Positions 1 through 13,200 of a stretch of 63,555 nucleotides of DNA are shown here, piece after piece. Numbering within the stretch: the stretch's first letter is position 1; each line of letters begins with the position of its first letter. A program made the translations under genes and the position numbers. The stretch comes from Phoronis australis (Eukaryota; Animalia; Phoronida). The notes beneath the pieces were generated by a model, which had not been told where the DNA came from, searched no databases, and worked only from the letters and a program-made list of their open reading frames with translations. The stretch spans positions 1,355,857 to 1,419,411 of the forward strand of contig NMRA01000004.1 of assembly GCA_002633005.1 (NCBI GenBank), written 5' to 3'.

Positions 1-520
1 AGTAGAAATTTGTTTCTGGCATTCTAATGCTGTGCTAATCTCGTATGTTGGTAAATTTGTTTTTAATTCTATGTTTCTGTGGTGCTTTAAGCAACTGGTG
101 TATAGGATGCGCTTGTATTATGAAGATTACTCACATTTTGCCCCTAGCCTATTGAGGAGACAATGACCAAGCCTTTCCATTTTGCAAAGTATGCCCTCTA
201 CTGGCCACTTTATGGTACCAATAAACAACCCTAGAAGGATACCGTATGCGGTGCAATTGTGGGCGCATTTCAACGCTCCGCGTTGCTCTTGTTTTTTGTA
301 TGTAGTCTTAGTTTGTATGTAGTCTTAGTTTTTGCGATAACTTTTTCATCAGCGCTTTAGAACTGAAGTTGAGAAGTTTGTATTTCTTGTGTTTTATAGA
401 GTTAGCATTAATAATAATAGTAAAAATTAAATAATGTTAATAGTAATAACTCAGTAATGCTGCGTTACCATGACAAAGCACAAGTGCTCACTTGTTGACC
501 TTTTCCATTTCTCTCGCCAG

Positions 521-1715
521 CTGACGTCCAGCAAATCTGGCCATATGTTGCTTACATGGTGTCGTTTGTTGAACACGTGGGCAGGGATGATGATCACACT
601 GACGCTAACGTTGCTGCCTGCTGCGGACTTATAGGGTGAGTTCAATAGGTCATGTCACATTGTGCTCTCAGGTGATAGGCCAGAAAATTCTTAACTGGCT
701 GTGGCCTGAGGCTCTTTTCAAAAACATGCGTATTGCAGTTTTCTGTCTTGTCTATGGACCTGTGTTAAGGAGAACGGAATTTGCTTGATATGCCACTACA
801 TATTTTTCAAAGTTGCACTTTTTGTAAATGAGGCAGATGGAAGGATTTATTTCATAAAGACCAATTGATCAGACCAGAAGCAAGTTATCTTTTGGTCAAA
901 ACATCTGTGCTTTACCGAACACGAGGTTGAATGTCGTTAAGGTTGTTTTTTCTCGTGTTTTGTTCTTAGTTAAGCTTTTGTTTGGTGACAATTGGTTAAT
1001 ATTTTGAGTTTTGGATAACTGTTAAGCTTGTAGCCCCACCAACTTGCGGTGTACTGGAGAAGTGGATGAGAAATGTCATCAAATGTTCATTTTGTAAAAT
1101 CATGTGGTTCATGCGAATTAAAATAATGTAAAAGTTGTGTTTGTATGTGTATGCGTATCCATAGTGACCTCCTCGCTGCCTTCGGAGACAAAATGTTGCA
1201 GCTTGTTGACCAGGACTCCATTTCTAACCTGTTGACCAAGGGTCGAAGGTCAAAGGTGAACAAGACAAAGACCTTGGCCACCTGGGCCACAAAAGAAATT
1301 CGAAAGTTGAAAGTTGCTTCCTCGACAACCTCTTGGTAAGCCCGTGAGTGTGTAATTGTTGGGCAGAGTAATTTATAGATTATCTGGGTAGAATTTCGTT
1401 TATGGAAGAATCTCACTAATGAAAATAGTGTGATCCCGTATTTTCTTTGCATGTAGTACACAGTGATATTTCATTAAGGCCTCTACGAAAGCACTAAGTG
1501 ATTGGTGCCATCTGATTGATTTGTTGAATACTGATATCAATGCACATGTCAGAAAAATTACATTCAGTGATGAATGTGTTCTTGTTGAATAAAGGAGGTA
1601 AATGGTTTGACTGCTGTCTCAAATATTGTTTAAGATTTTTATCATTCGGGAAAGTTTAGTGACACGTATTGTATCAAAATATTCGTGTTCAGCTGCCATT
1701 TTCTCTTGTTTCAGA
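521..1715 (+). CDS. KPNB1: Importin subunit beta-1, final coding exons (5' part lies outside the window)
   Basis: Exon 521-635 (cag|...ATAGG|gtgagt) encodes [38 protein letters not shown]. Exon 1165-1335 encodes [49 protein letters not shown], matching the importin-beta C-terminus ([20 protein letters not shown]). Stop is either TG(1334-1335)+A(1715) after splicing, or TAA 1337-1339 if unspliced. Confidence 0.93.
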
Positions 1716-4085
1716 ACTTCACCCCACGTTGCTCCAATGACCTCCTGAATGGGTCGCGTACAGACGCCATGTCCGAGCTGTGTTTGAGAGAGAGAAAGAA
1801 AGAGAGAAGCGTGCTTGTATGACTGCATCATTTCATCGACAGTGCCCCTGCAGTGGGTGGCAAGCTGGGTCCCCGACGCGTCCGTCTTCGCAGCGAGTTG
1901 GCGGGCGTGACTCATATCGTTGCTAGACCACTAGGACTATGCTGCTGTTGCTGTAACAGCCCTCTCCTATTGTTACGGTGACATAATCGAAATTTCCAGC
2001 ATGGTGCTATGTATTGTTGTTTGGCCTACTCTTTGCATGCCAGAGTCTGTTTGTTTAAAGACCTGTCAGTATGCGAACAGTAGTGCCACGTTGTGTTTGC
2101 GTATGCAAGACTATCTGTGATAGGCCCTTCACTGTTGACTGCCGGCAGTAATATCCCAGGCCAGTTGTTTCAGTTGTACATAAGTTTATTCCTGTCTGGT
2201 TTGCGGTTGGCTTCCGTAATTCAAATCAATTAAATATTTGCAGACTTCGCTAAACTTCCTAATTATTCAAGTGGCGCAGGCAGTAATTTCTCGTTTTTTC
2301 CAGCGGGTTTGCAGCTTCTTGTCTGCTTCGTTGGTGTCCACTTTTCCTTCTATAATGCCAGCATTGTTGCTAAGCGACTAATTAATGCTGACCGTTTGAA
2401 AGTGTGTCCATGGAGAAACTTGATGGTGCATGACATTACTACAACACTGTGCCTCGGCTGCATTTGGTTATGGCATGGTGTGTTCCAATACTGTCGGCAG
2501 ATCTTACTACGAAGGCCTCTTTTGTGTGCGTGAGTTGACTGCATGAACGTGAACGCTGTGCCGTCAAGATTGCGTGTGTCTAATTATTTTGTACTGGGCT
2601 AAAAAGTAGGCATTTCGCTTGCCCAGAAATCTCGATAACAAAATCTGTACAGGAAGCAATAGACAACAATCATTTTTTTATTTTTTCTATATGTTGACTG
2701 TGCAGTGTGGTCTAAAACTAAATGGGTTTTTTAATTTACACGCTAAAAACATGTTTTTTACTAGTTATGCTATCAACCGCAAAAGCATTTATTCAGCTCG
2801 GGTGTGACTGCGAATATGGCGTGAATGTGATGTATGACTGAGTGTCATGTGATAACGGCGTCGACTTGATTCTTTTGAAAAAAAACAGACTTTGTGTTTA
2901 TAATACATCTAGTTCGAGAGACTGAATTTTAGACCAAAAAGTTTATCCTCTGCCATTGTAATCTAGGTGTAGTTCAGGTCTACAGACTTCCGTACGTTTA
3001 CACAGATTTCCAGATCAGTTCTGAAGCCCTTAGTTTGCCAGTTCCTTCACAGTAGTGTGGCATCTACCACAATTGTACAGACTTAAATTTGACTACCGAT
3101 TTCGTGCCAACGGATGCATCGTGTTCCAAATCCGGATTTAACCGTAGTTGGCTAATTGTTCAAAAGTGATGAAGGAACTGATAGCAAACGCTCTCCATGT
3201 ATTGTTACGTTGTTAGTAATGTATGTTCAGTTACAGGTCATTACAGATTTTGTTGAAAAAATTGATAACAATAAACATTTTTGTAAACTTTACACGGTTT
3301 TGTTTGCTCCCAGTAAAGCATTTTCCGTTGGTATAATTATAATTGGTGCATGGAGTTTTAGTGTCAATATGAAAGTCTGCATGCCACTCTTTGTTGTTAT
3401 GAGAACACAAGTCTTGCTTATTTCTAATTCTGGGACCCATTCCAAGAAACTGACTCAAGTTCATTTTTGACTTAAGTCTGAAAATTAGTTTCAAGCTCCA
3501 CACTTTGAAACTTGCACATCCAGTAAGTTAAAACCGCTTTCTGAAACGGACTTAATGGGACAAATTTAAGTTCTATCTTAAAATTGAAGCTATTTCTTGG
3601 CTAAGTAATTTTTCTTGGAAAGGGACCCCGGGTACAAGTTTACAGAGCCTTGATAATTTCTTTCATTCATGGACACAAAGATGTTGAACATTTTTGTGTG
3701 AATCCTAACTATAACACTGCAGTGGTAGTTTGACGGTATGATGGTGGCAAAAAGTTAATAAAAACGCTAGTAAACATCCCTTTGCACTGAATCCATACTA
3801 TGCACAATACTGTCCACCAACTACACTATCGCCATCTAGTGACATGTATTTTGTCGTGCTAAATCGAAAAATGGCTACAGTTACTTTTGTGACTTGAAGG
3901 ATCTGTTCAAAGCCTTGGTGCAATGTGAATACATTGGGAGTCTGATACAGTTTCAGCGGAGGGAGAAGTTAAGCATTTGATTGACTGATTTTATTGTTAG
4001 GGATTTGAAAAGTAGACTGACAGCTTACCCAATGTGGTGAATTACAATGCACGAGAAATAAAATATTAAAGTTGTTTAATGTTTG
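1716..4085 (+). other. KPNB1: Probable KPNB1 3' UTR exon
   Basis: Polypyrimidine tract and acceptor ttttctcttgtttcag ending at 1714. Long TG/T-rich noncoding stretch follows, with AATAAA at 3757 and 4057. End position is inferred. Confidence 0.55.
3432..3629. mobile_element. Small MITE within the presumed KPNB1 3' UTR
   Basis: Imperfect TIRs GGGACCCATTCCAAGAAA / TTTCTTGGAAAGGGACCCC. Confidence 0.5.
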
Positions 4086-4250
4086 TAATATTTACAATTG
4101 ACAACTGTCATAAAGCGTTCTACGTTTAATAACGATAAAATTCAAAGTGGGCAAAATTGCAGTGGATCAGTTTATCACTGTGCTGTATTTGATATTCAAT
4201 AGAATGTAAACTTCCACCAGCCTTTATCGTCATTCTGTAGTCCGACTTCA

Positions 4251-7200
4251 CTAAAATTCCATTGTCTGATCTGTAAAATAGAGGTTTGAAACTGGGAATA
4301 TCGACGTACAGTAAAGGACGAAAGTAATCCAGCAAAATGGTTTCCCCTGTCGCGATGGCTAAATTGGTTAACAAAAATGACGAGTAATTCTAATGATATG
4401 GAATGGCTAAACCACCTTGCTTAATTATCCTTCATTTTGGGTCAGAAGGGAATGCCTTCTGTGCAGCCGTCACAACTGAGAATTCCAGGTCATTTTGGCG
4501 CGAACTGTACACGTTATGTATGCCATGCGGCCAAAATAAATTGGAATAAATGGTTTTAGTCTTGTGCTATTTTAAAGATATGAATACCACAAAATATATC
4601 GTACTTAAATACAGGTTCAGATGTTGATTGATGGCTAGGCAAATTTTTCTTTTCCTATAATGCATTAAGTGGATTTACTAACTTAACCCTAGGTGGTCAA
4701 ACAAAGGGGTGCTTGAGATTCCTCTATTGAAATTCTGAAGCAAAAATTTCATGCCTTCTACGCCATATATTCAATAATGCCAAATGAATTTGAACGAAAT
4801 AGGGCCAACATTTTTTGAAAACTGCTGTAGCCACTGAAATAATCAAACATCAGTTGTGAAATATTTTGGCATGTAATAAGGTGGATGTCTAAAATTATGT
4901 TTTTTGAAACATACCTGGCTATAAATCATGCCCATGTGTTGAAATAACTTTCTTCACTGGCATATTTATGCTTCCAAAATGAGATTATTGCCTTCTCGTG
5001 TTAGCAGAGATATTCATTTTACAAGAATTCACCTCGACAAATCCAACGGGACAGAATCTCGAACTTTTTGATTTTTGAGCTGAAACGTTCACGTGACCTG
5101 AAACTTATTGAGCCTTCTCAGAAACAATAACGAGCTGTCAGTCCTTGCTGAGCCAAGAGATCACTTCTGAACTGAGGAATGAAATTATTTTTTAATGGTT
5201 TAACAGTGGTCTTAATCGAAAGTTCTTTCTTTTTGTTAGACAGCACAGGCTGAAAACCACTTTAAAACTTACCACTCTGCTCGATCAGTTTTCCACTCCA
5301 AGATTTTGCCAGTTTGTTGAGAAACTGCTGGAAATATTCCATGTATGGTCTGAGAGACGTCTGCATGTAGTCTGGAACAAAATTCCAATGTGATATTTTT
5401 TTTTAAAAAAATCCACTTTTAACAACCTCAGGCATAGCGACTACTCACTTTGAAACTTGCAAGACTTTCTTCCACAGTCCAGTTTCACAGATGACCTATG
5501 AAGACTTTATAAACAATAGCAGAGTGTGAAAATGACCAGTCAGATTCATTACTTAGGATGAGAGTGCTGAATTTGGAGAGTGCACCATAAAAACATAGGT
5601 GTGGACAACTAATTGCAATGGTTGCATGAAAAATGCTATGCCCAGTCCCTTCGATACTGTTGTACCTGGGCGGTGTTCCATAGAAAAAGTTGCTAGATCA
5701 CTTTGGCGAGCGAAAGGCAAACATTTCGCAAATAAGCTCTGGACCTCACTAATGTACACCAACAAAATGACCACCACTGAAATGATTGGTCAGTGAGGCT
5801 CAAATGTTAAATTATGCAGTAAGGGCTGTTCCAGCAAAATCTGTATGGGAGGGGGGAAGGCACTTTTATTTCGTACCCACCGCCCATACTTTTCATTTAT
5901 TTCTCCAACCCATGACCCATAATTTTTTAATTATTTTTAATAGGTTAAAATATAAAATCCAACACTTGCAAACAAATTGCCTCCAGGAGGACCTGTTAAG
6001 AACTTAGATGATTGACAGACAAGAACTAGTTGTCTTGTTCAATATTGTCGAAAACTAAAGTAGCCTGTGAGCAATACTTTTGGCAGCCACCAGGTGTCTC
6101 TGTTCACCATGTGTCCATAATTTCAATGAACATTTTTTTCAATTATGAATCTCAAACTGTCTTCACGAACTCTTTTATACTTCTATGTCAAGTGAATATT
6201 GGAACTTGTTTATCTTACTCCTCATACTTTTTATTTAAAAATCATCAATTTTCTTATATGTGTTAACACCAGTTTAGTGTTGCATAACTTTTCAATTCAA
6301 TAGGACTGCAGACAAACAGTTGGCTCAAATCAAGTTGCCCATGACTCGATTAATGGCTTAGTGAACATATTGCACTCTGTTCACTGGCAATATGGTCTTT
6401 TTTGTTTTGGGGTAAGTTAGGATATATGCCAATTCCATTTTTCTGAGTTTGGACGGCTGAAGTAACCAACCTGTTAACATAAACAGGTCAAAAAATACCA
6501 TCCATTTTAATGCATCACTTCTTACAGGAATGACCACCCATAATTTGAGTTTTTCTGAAGACCACCAGCCATGAATTTTTATTTCTGCTGCCGTTCCCCC
6601 CCCTCCCACACGGATTTTACTGGAACAGCCCTAAGCTACTTCCGTCCCATAGGTTAAGGTTTTTCACTACAAGTGTATCGTGAGAGTATCATATCAGATA
6701 TGACTCCTCAATGCACCAGCAAATCTGCTGTGATCTCAACAGGTGGGCATCTAGTATCTGACTTCCAGTCATTTCATTGAAGGCCTGTGCTCAGATTCAA
6801 GAAACAGTCCCACACTGGGACTCAACAAATTTCCCTAAGACTACTGCGTATTTGTTCCCTAAATCTTGTGCATGTTTTTTCCTTACTTTACTCATAGTTT
6901 TAATATTTTTTCTATAATTTTATCGTTATTTTGAGCTCTTCTTTGACCAATGATACTTCCAAATAATATAACTAAAACAGAGCCCTTAATTTAGTCAAAA
7001 TAATTAGGGACTAAGTCCTTAAATAAGGGGCGTTGCATGAACAGATCCCTACTTATTTTCAACAATATTGAGAATTCAACATAGAGTTAACTCTCGATTT
7101 GTATCAAAGCCAAAAATAGACTTTTTGTAGTAAGGAGACTTCCAACAGTATAAGAAAGGGCAATCAATGTTGTCAAAAGCCCACAAATACGCAGTAGACT

Positions 7201-10200
7201 TAGGGAACTTAGTTGAGTCCCTATTTGGGACTGTTTCATGCAACCGGGCACTGAACACTCCATTTATGAGCCTGGGCCTGTTTCTTGAAGAGTTCATTGA
7301 TTTTTGTTTTCTGACCCATCGCCAAAAGTCAGATATCTTCCTATGAATAGCCAAAAGGAGTTTTTCTTATCCTTTGTGTTTCTCAAAACGTTTTGTCTTC
7401 TGTCTGTTTGAGCAGACAATTATTTCTGTCTTTGATGTCAAGTTGGATACAGACTTTCTGACTTTCTATCAGCCTCATTTTCCTGAAACAGACTACGCCA
7501 TTCATAGACTGTTTTTAGCCAAAGGTTAAAACTGGAAAGCCAATAGATTCTTCGATAAACAGGCCCTCGGCAACTGCAAGGCTCCTCTGCTCTGAACCCA
7601 GGGCACATTTTACTATTGAAAATTATGGTACTCATTCCTTAGCAGAGTCAGTGCCATGAAAAACAAACCACCTACAGGGAGCTTCTAAAAATCACCCTTC
7701 CACAGAAGTCAGTCCCCATAAAATTATCTCTAAATCGCCCTTGAACTTCACTGTTTTTAACCTAGCAGACCTTTCTGTAGTGTGCTATTGCAAAAATAGA
7801 CATGACTAGATTTCCAAGCCTACAAAAACCCACCAAAGTGGCACACCCAGAATATGCACCTACGGAAGTAACACTGGGGGCCCCAGACCTTCTTACCCCC
7901 AACTGAGGTAAAATCTACATGCAAGTGTCTACCTTTCCCTCGTTTCTTGTTCTCTTCATCCTCCGTTTTCTTAACGTGGTTCAGCTCTTCAATGATTTCA
8001 CTGAATAAAAATAATCACACAACCATTAGCTGTCAAGGAACAACAGCGTCATCTATTGTCAGGCATCAAATATAACAAAGAAATGAATTGACAAATGATC
8101 ATGCTTGTACACGTAAGTCTTCATCACATTTTCGAACTAACCAGATGCCAAGTCACAAAGTGGCAATTGAAGTAGTCACTGACCAATCGGACAAAGGAGT
8201 GTGGTCATGTGATGTAAACCAATGTCTGTAATGACTAGCGGACATTTTCCCTAGACATTTTTCTGAAAATACAAATGTGAGCATCGGTGGTTAAAAGATG
8301 TCAATGTGCTGTTTGTTAATCAGTCAACAAATATCTTGACCATTTCATCAAGGGAGTAGAGTTTATTCCTCTTCTAAAATTGGCAAAACCCAAGAAATAT
8401 CGGTGAAAATGACTCAGATGGAATTATTGAATGTGAAGATTGCCAATGAAAACTACCAGCTGTATGCATGCACAAAACTAAGCAGAGCATTTACCAAAAG
8501 ATGTGATTTGTTCGCGAATTTCAACTAAAATGCAGATATGTCCAACAATTTGTGTTCATAAGAATTGATATACACTTCACACAGCTGTTGGTTTAGTTCC
8601 ATTGACCTTTGAACTCATTCTCATAGCAACCCTGTGAATGCATTTTTAAAGGAAAATCTATTCACAAGAATATTTTGTTTGGAGAAGAAGCATTGCTACA
8701 TAGTTAATTCAAACAATTTTATCAGTGAAACTTTGCGTTATACTGGGCTGCGGTCTGCAGATGACAGAGCATCGTAATAAAGCAAAATCCCGAAAGACCT
8801 CGTAAAATCACAAAAGTGTTTTGCAAGACGTTCGAGACCTTACTAGCATAACCAATGAAAGTAATGGCCACTGCACTGAAGTGATTGGTCGGTGAGGTTG
8901 GAATGTTGAATTATGGGATTGAATTCATGAATTATGGGATACACTTCACTGTTTCTGTACCAAAGGTGAAGATTTCTTGCTGCAAGTGCTTGGCTAATGT
9001 TTCAGGTGTACGTAACGCACCCCTTGTCCAAGCCGTAAGATTGTAAGGTGAGATTCAGATATTAGTCTCACCTTATCCTGGGAACTTTAAATGGGTCGAA
9101 GGAATCAAGTGTACTTGGATCAATAGGTACACAGACACGGCCTGAAATTTCAAATGCAAAAGTCACTATTTCTTCCAAAAACATAGGAAAGTCACTTACA
9201 AACAGCTTCAAATACAGTAAAGCATGTGCAAGCTTTGTTAGTATGAGCATGTATGTGTGTGCGTGTGTGTGTGTGTTTGACACAAAAAATGCTTCTGACT
9301 TAGGTCACTTACAGTTTTAAATCTTGCGCCAATCTGTTCTTTACATATCACAATTGATCATCAATTTATTATATAAATTCTTATAGACCATTAATATGAA
9401 TTTTTACAAATGGTACGGCATGATACAATAGTTCATAAGAATTCTGCTGATGGAACAAGTCTCGAGACAATGTTATCCCGTATAGAATGTCCTATTGCCT
9501 TTCATAGGCTCAGGTTAGTTTATTATGACCAGTACCTGTTTTAGGGTGGATACAGAATGGACTCTTCAGTAAATGGTTGACCCCTTTGCTGACGTTGACG
9601 TCCAGTCGTGGGTAAGTGTAGTTCAGCATAATCTCGTTCACAATCTGCCTTGACTGGGGACAGGTTTTCTGAATGAGAAAGGAACAAAAATGAAAGCGCT
9701 CGGAGGTGCGACACTTGGCGAAAATTAACAGAAAAATTGATGGTAGAGTTGACGACGACGATGATTATAATGATGAATATGCCGATTATGAACAACACGA
9801 TAACATTCATGTAACTAGGGACGATGTCAGAAACAGTAAGAAATAGGATACAGTCTTGTTCAATAGAAGCTAAATCAACATCAATGCAGCAAGAGTGCTC
9901 AACAAAGTAACAGCGCTATCCGAAGATCTCGAATATATAAAAAAAGTAGACTTCCTAGCGAAAAATGGAAAATATCTTTTGAAAGCCCGCTCAAAACTCT
10001 ATCTAACATAGTAGACTTGCAAAATTACGTAAATTTTTCGAAAAAATTGAAATTTTGCATTTTTTTGAAACTTAAGTCAAATAAAACGGTGAGTCTGAGA
10101 AAAACGTTGTCACAGGTCATTTGAAAGGGTATATCTCAGAGAATCCACATGCAAAAATTCCCATCATTTTTTCTTCCCGTTTAAAATGGCACCCCAGCAA

Positions 10201-13200
10201 GACTGAAAATGGGTCAAAATGCGTCAAACCCACCATCTAGAAAGCAACTTCCGCTCTCTTACCACTGCATAATAGCATGTTAAAGGAAACTAATACTAGA
10301 AAAGTTTCAAAGCAATTGGTCTTATAATGTGCAATCTACACGAGAAAATGTTTTTAGCCCGAAATCGAGGTGCACACGCGCAATTGCCGATATTTCCGCC
10401 ATCTTGAAGCGGAAGTAAACAATATTCAGTACATCTGTAGCATACGTCCGGTAAAATAATAGTGTCTATTTTCAGTCTTGTACATCAAAAATTATAGCCT
10501 CCAGGAGCATTTGAATCTGAAATTGAAAACAAAATGGCCACCATGTCTGCCATCTTAGATCCGATTTTGACAAAAAACAATAAGCTTCCAGTACTTCTAG
10601 AACTACATGGTGTGTGTAAATTTTGTGAGGATCGGACGAAAATTGCGACCTGTATCGTGCGAAAAAAAACCTAGTGACAGAGCAACATACTTGGCGAAAA
10701 ATTTTTTCGCCAAGTAATGATGGACGTGAATCATGTCTTTCTATACCATGACAGAAAATAACTACCGTTCGCCACACAGATCAGAGTGACATTGATTTGA
10801 ACATGTCTTTTTTCAAGACCATTAAACACAGATCAATGTAGAAAAACACATCATGCATGTATTAATGAAATTAAATCTCAAAAACAATGTATAACAAGAG
10901 CAACGCGAAACGTTGAAGTGCACCCACGAATACACCGCAAACGGTGTGCTTCTAGCGCGAGGGTAGTTTATTTGTTTCATAAAATAGCCACTAGATATCA
11001 CAAAAATCTCCAATCCATTTGAAAACAGGAACATGCTATCGCTTCTTTAATAGAAAGCTATTTACCAAATTTCATAAAAATCTGTCCAGGAACTTTAGAG
11101 AAACAACGGAAAACGGAAAAAATGAAATTGCCACTATGGGGCACAGTGTTCATTGGATCTGCATAAAAGATGTCATCTGTTGTTAGCTTCATATAAATAC
11201 AATTACTAAATTTAATAAAGATCCTGCAGTGTGTTTAGGAGATGCAGCTATGGACGCAAAACGTAACTACCTCTAGGAGGCGTCACATAGTCAAATTCCT
11301 TTTCATCAACCATCCTTTTCACACTGAGAACATATACGCCACTTTTCAAAATCATCCTTAGAATGGTTTGGTTGATCGAGGGGTGGATGCCAAAACAGAA
11401 TCGAAAACAGCAAAAATGTCCACCAGGTGGCACAAAATACCTTGATTCCTTCCGAAAACGGGAGGATAGCATCATCTTACCAATAGATGCCTATATGCCA
11501 AATTTTATGAAAATACGTTAGGACCTTTGAAGATACAGAGGTAAACGTAAGAAACTAAAATTGCCACTAGGGGGCATACCAGTAGTCAGAGCCATCCGAA
11601 AGTCGTCATCCATTGTCAGCATCATAAATACACTAAATTTAGTAATGATCCTGCCAACGGTTAAGGAGATACAGCCATGGGCGCAAAAAAAAACTGCCAC
11701 TAGGATTTGTCACAGTAGTCAAAATTGTCGGAAAATCATAGTCAGCTGTCCCCTTCATAGCAAGAATTTGCATGCCGATTTTCACAATCATCCTTAGAGA
11801 GGTTTGGTTGATAGAAGGGTGGACTCGAAAACACCAAAAATGGCCACTAGGTGGTGCAAACTACGTCAAATCCATCCGAAAATGGGAGGGTAGCGTCATC
11901 TCACCAATAGATACCTATATGCCAAACTTTATGAAAATACGTTCGGGACCTTTGAAGATATAGAGGTAAGCGTAAAAAACTAATATTGCCACTAGGTTGC
12001 ATACCGGTACTCAGATCCACCTGAAAGTTCACTCATGTCGTCCCATTCATGAAAGGAACATATGAGCAAAATTTCATGAGCGTACGTCAAAGCGTTTTGG
12101 AGATAGAGCGGCGGACGCCGGACAGAGATGACGACATAATGCGTCCACGTATAACTATGTGGGCGCATAAAAATTAGTAAACTTTTTTTTTCACATGCAA
12201 ATTCACATTAAAACAAGATTTCACCCTACCTCAACCACAACATTCTTTTCAGCACTTTTAATGGCTACCCATCGTTTGGCCGATGTGGCACATTCAGGTG
12301 ACTGGAACGCTTCTTCCAACTTATCACGTACAGGTGAAGTACCGTTAAGACAAATAACTGAACAACAATGATACCATTTTCTCCTCAATAATCGCACCAC
12401 ACACTTTCCTGCAGCAAAGGACGATGTACCCTAATTTGCTTTCTCTTACCTTTTAGGATATTTTGAAAGGATTCACCTTTGTTAAATCTGACTTCATATT
12501 ACAAGTTCAATCATGTTGTGAGTTATTGACTTTGAAGCTGCTAAACACCAGACTAATGTGATGTTAAGTTCACTAAAAATTTTACAGTATTCAAGGACAA
12601 TATGGTGCACAATGAATTCTTTCAGAAAATATGTAAAGAAGGGCCTAATATATGCTCCATCAGTTTGAACTTCTTAATCATAGAAAGTATCAGACAATGT
12701 TCAGCAGGATTGTGGGCATTCACATTTATAATGTTACAAGCTTTTGAAAAATGAAAGAACACGAATTTTGGCAATAACTGTGAGCAATTAGAAGATTTTA
12801 GCATATGCAGTGCAGTGGTGACGAATTATACCATTCAATACTTGGAGAGAGGTTGGGTAGAGTTTCTTAAAAGTCCCAAATATCATAAATTTCTTTGGCT
12901 TTATGAATGCAAAATTTCTGGGATGCGTTCTGCAGATGCTAGAACCTCACAAAAAGGCGATATCACACAAGACCTCGCAAAATCACACACGTTAAATGTG
13001 AGTATGCTCAGAACTTTACTAGCGTATCCTACAAAAATGGTGGCCACTGAAGAGATTGGACGGCGAAATTGATGTTGAAATAAAGAATAGAATTCACTTT
13101 TTCGGATATATGAACGAAGATTTGTTGCTGCCAATGCCATGGGTCCACTGAACTGATACACCAGTTATGGAGTTGATTGATCAGACTAGAATTATAATTA

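Noticed and set aside
1460-1620. Possible C/D box snoRNA in the KPNB1 last intron
   Set aside because: GTGATGA at 1567 has no properly spaced downstream CTGA or terminal stem, and the upstream CTGAs pair only with a poor C box.
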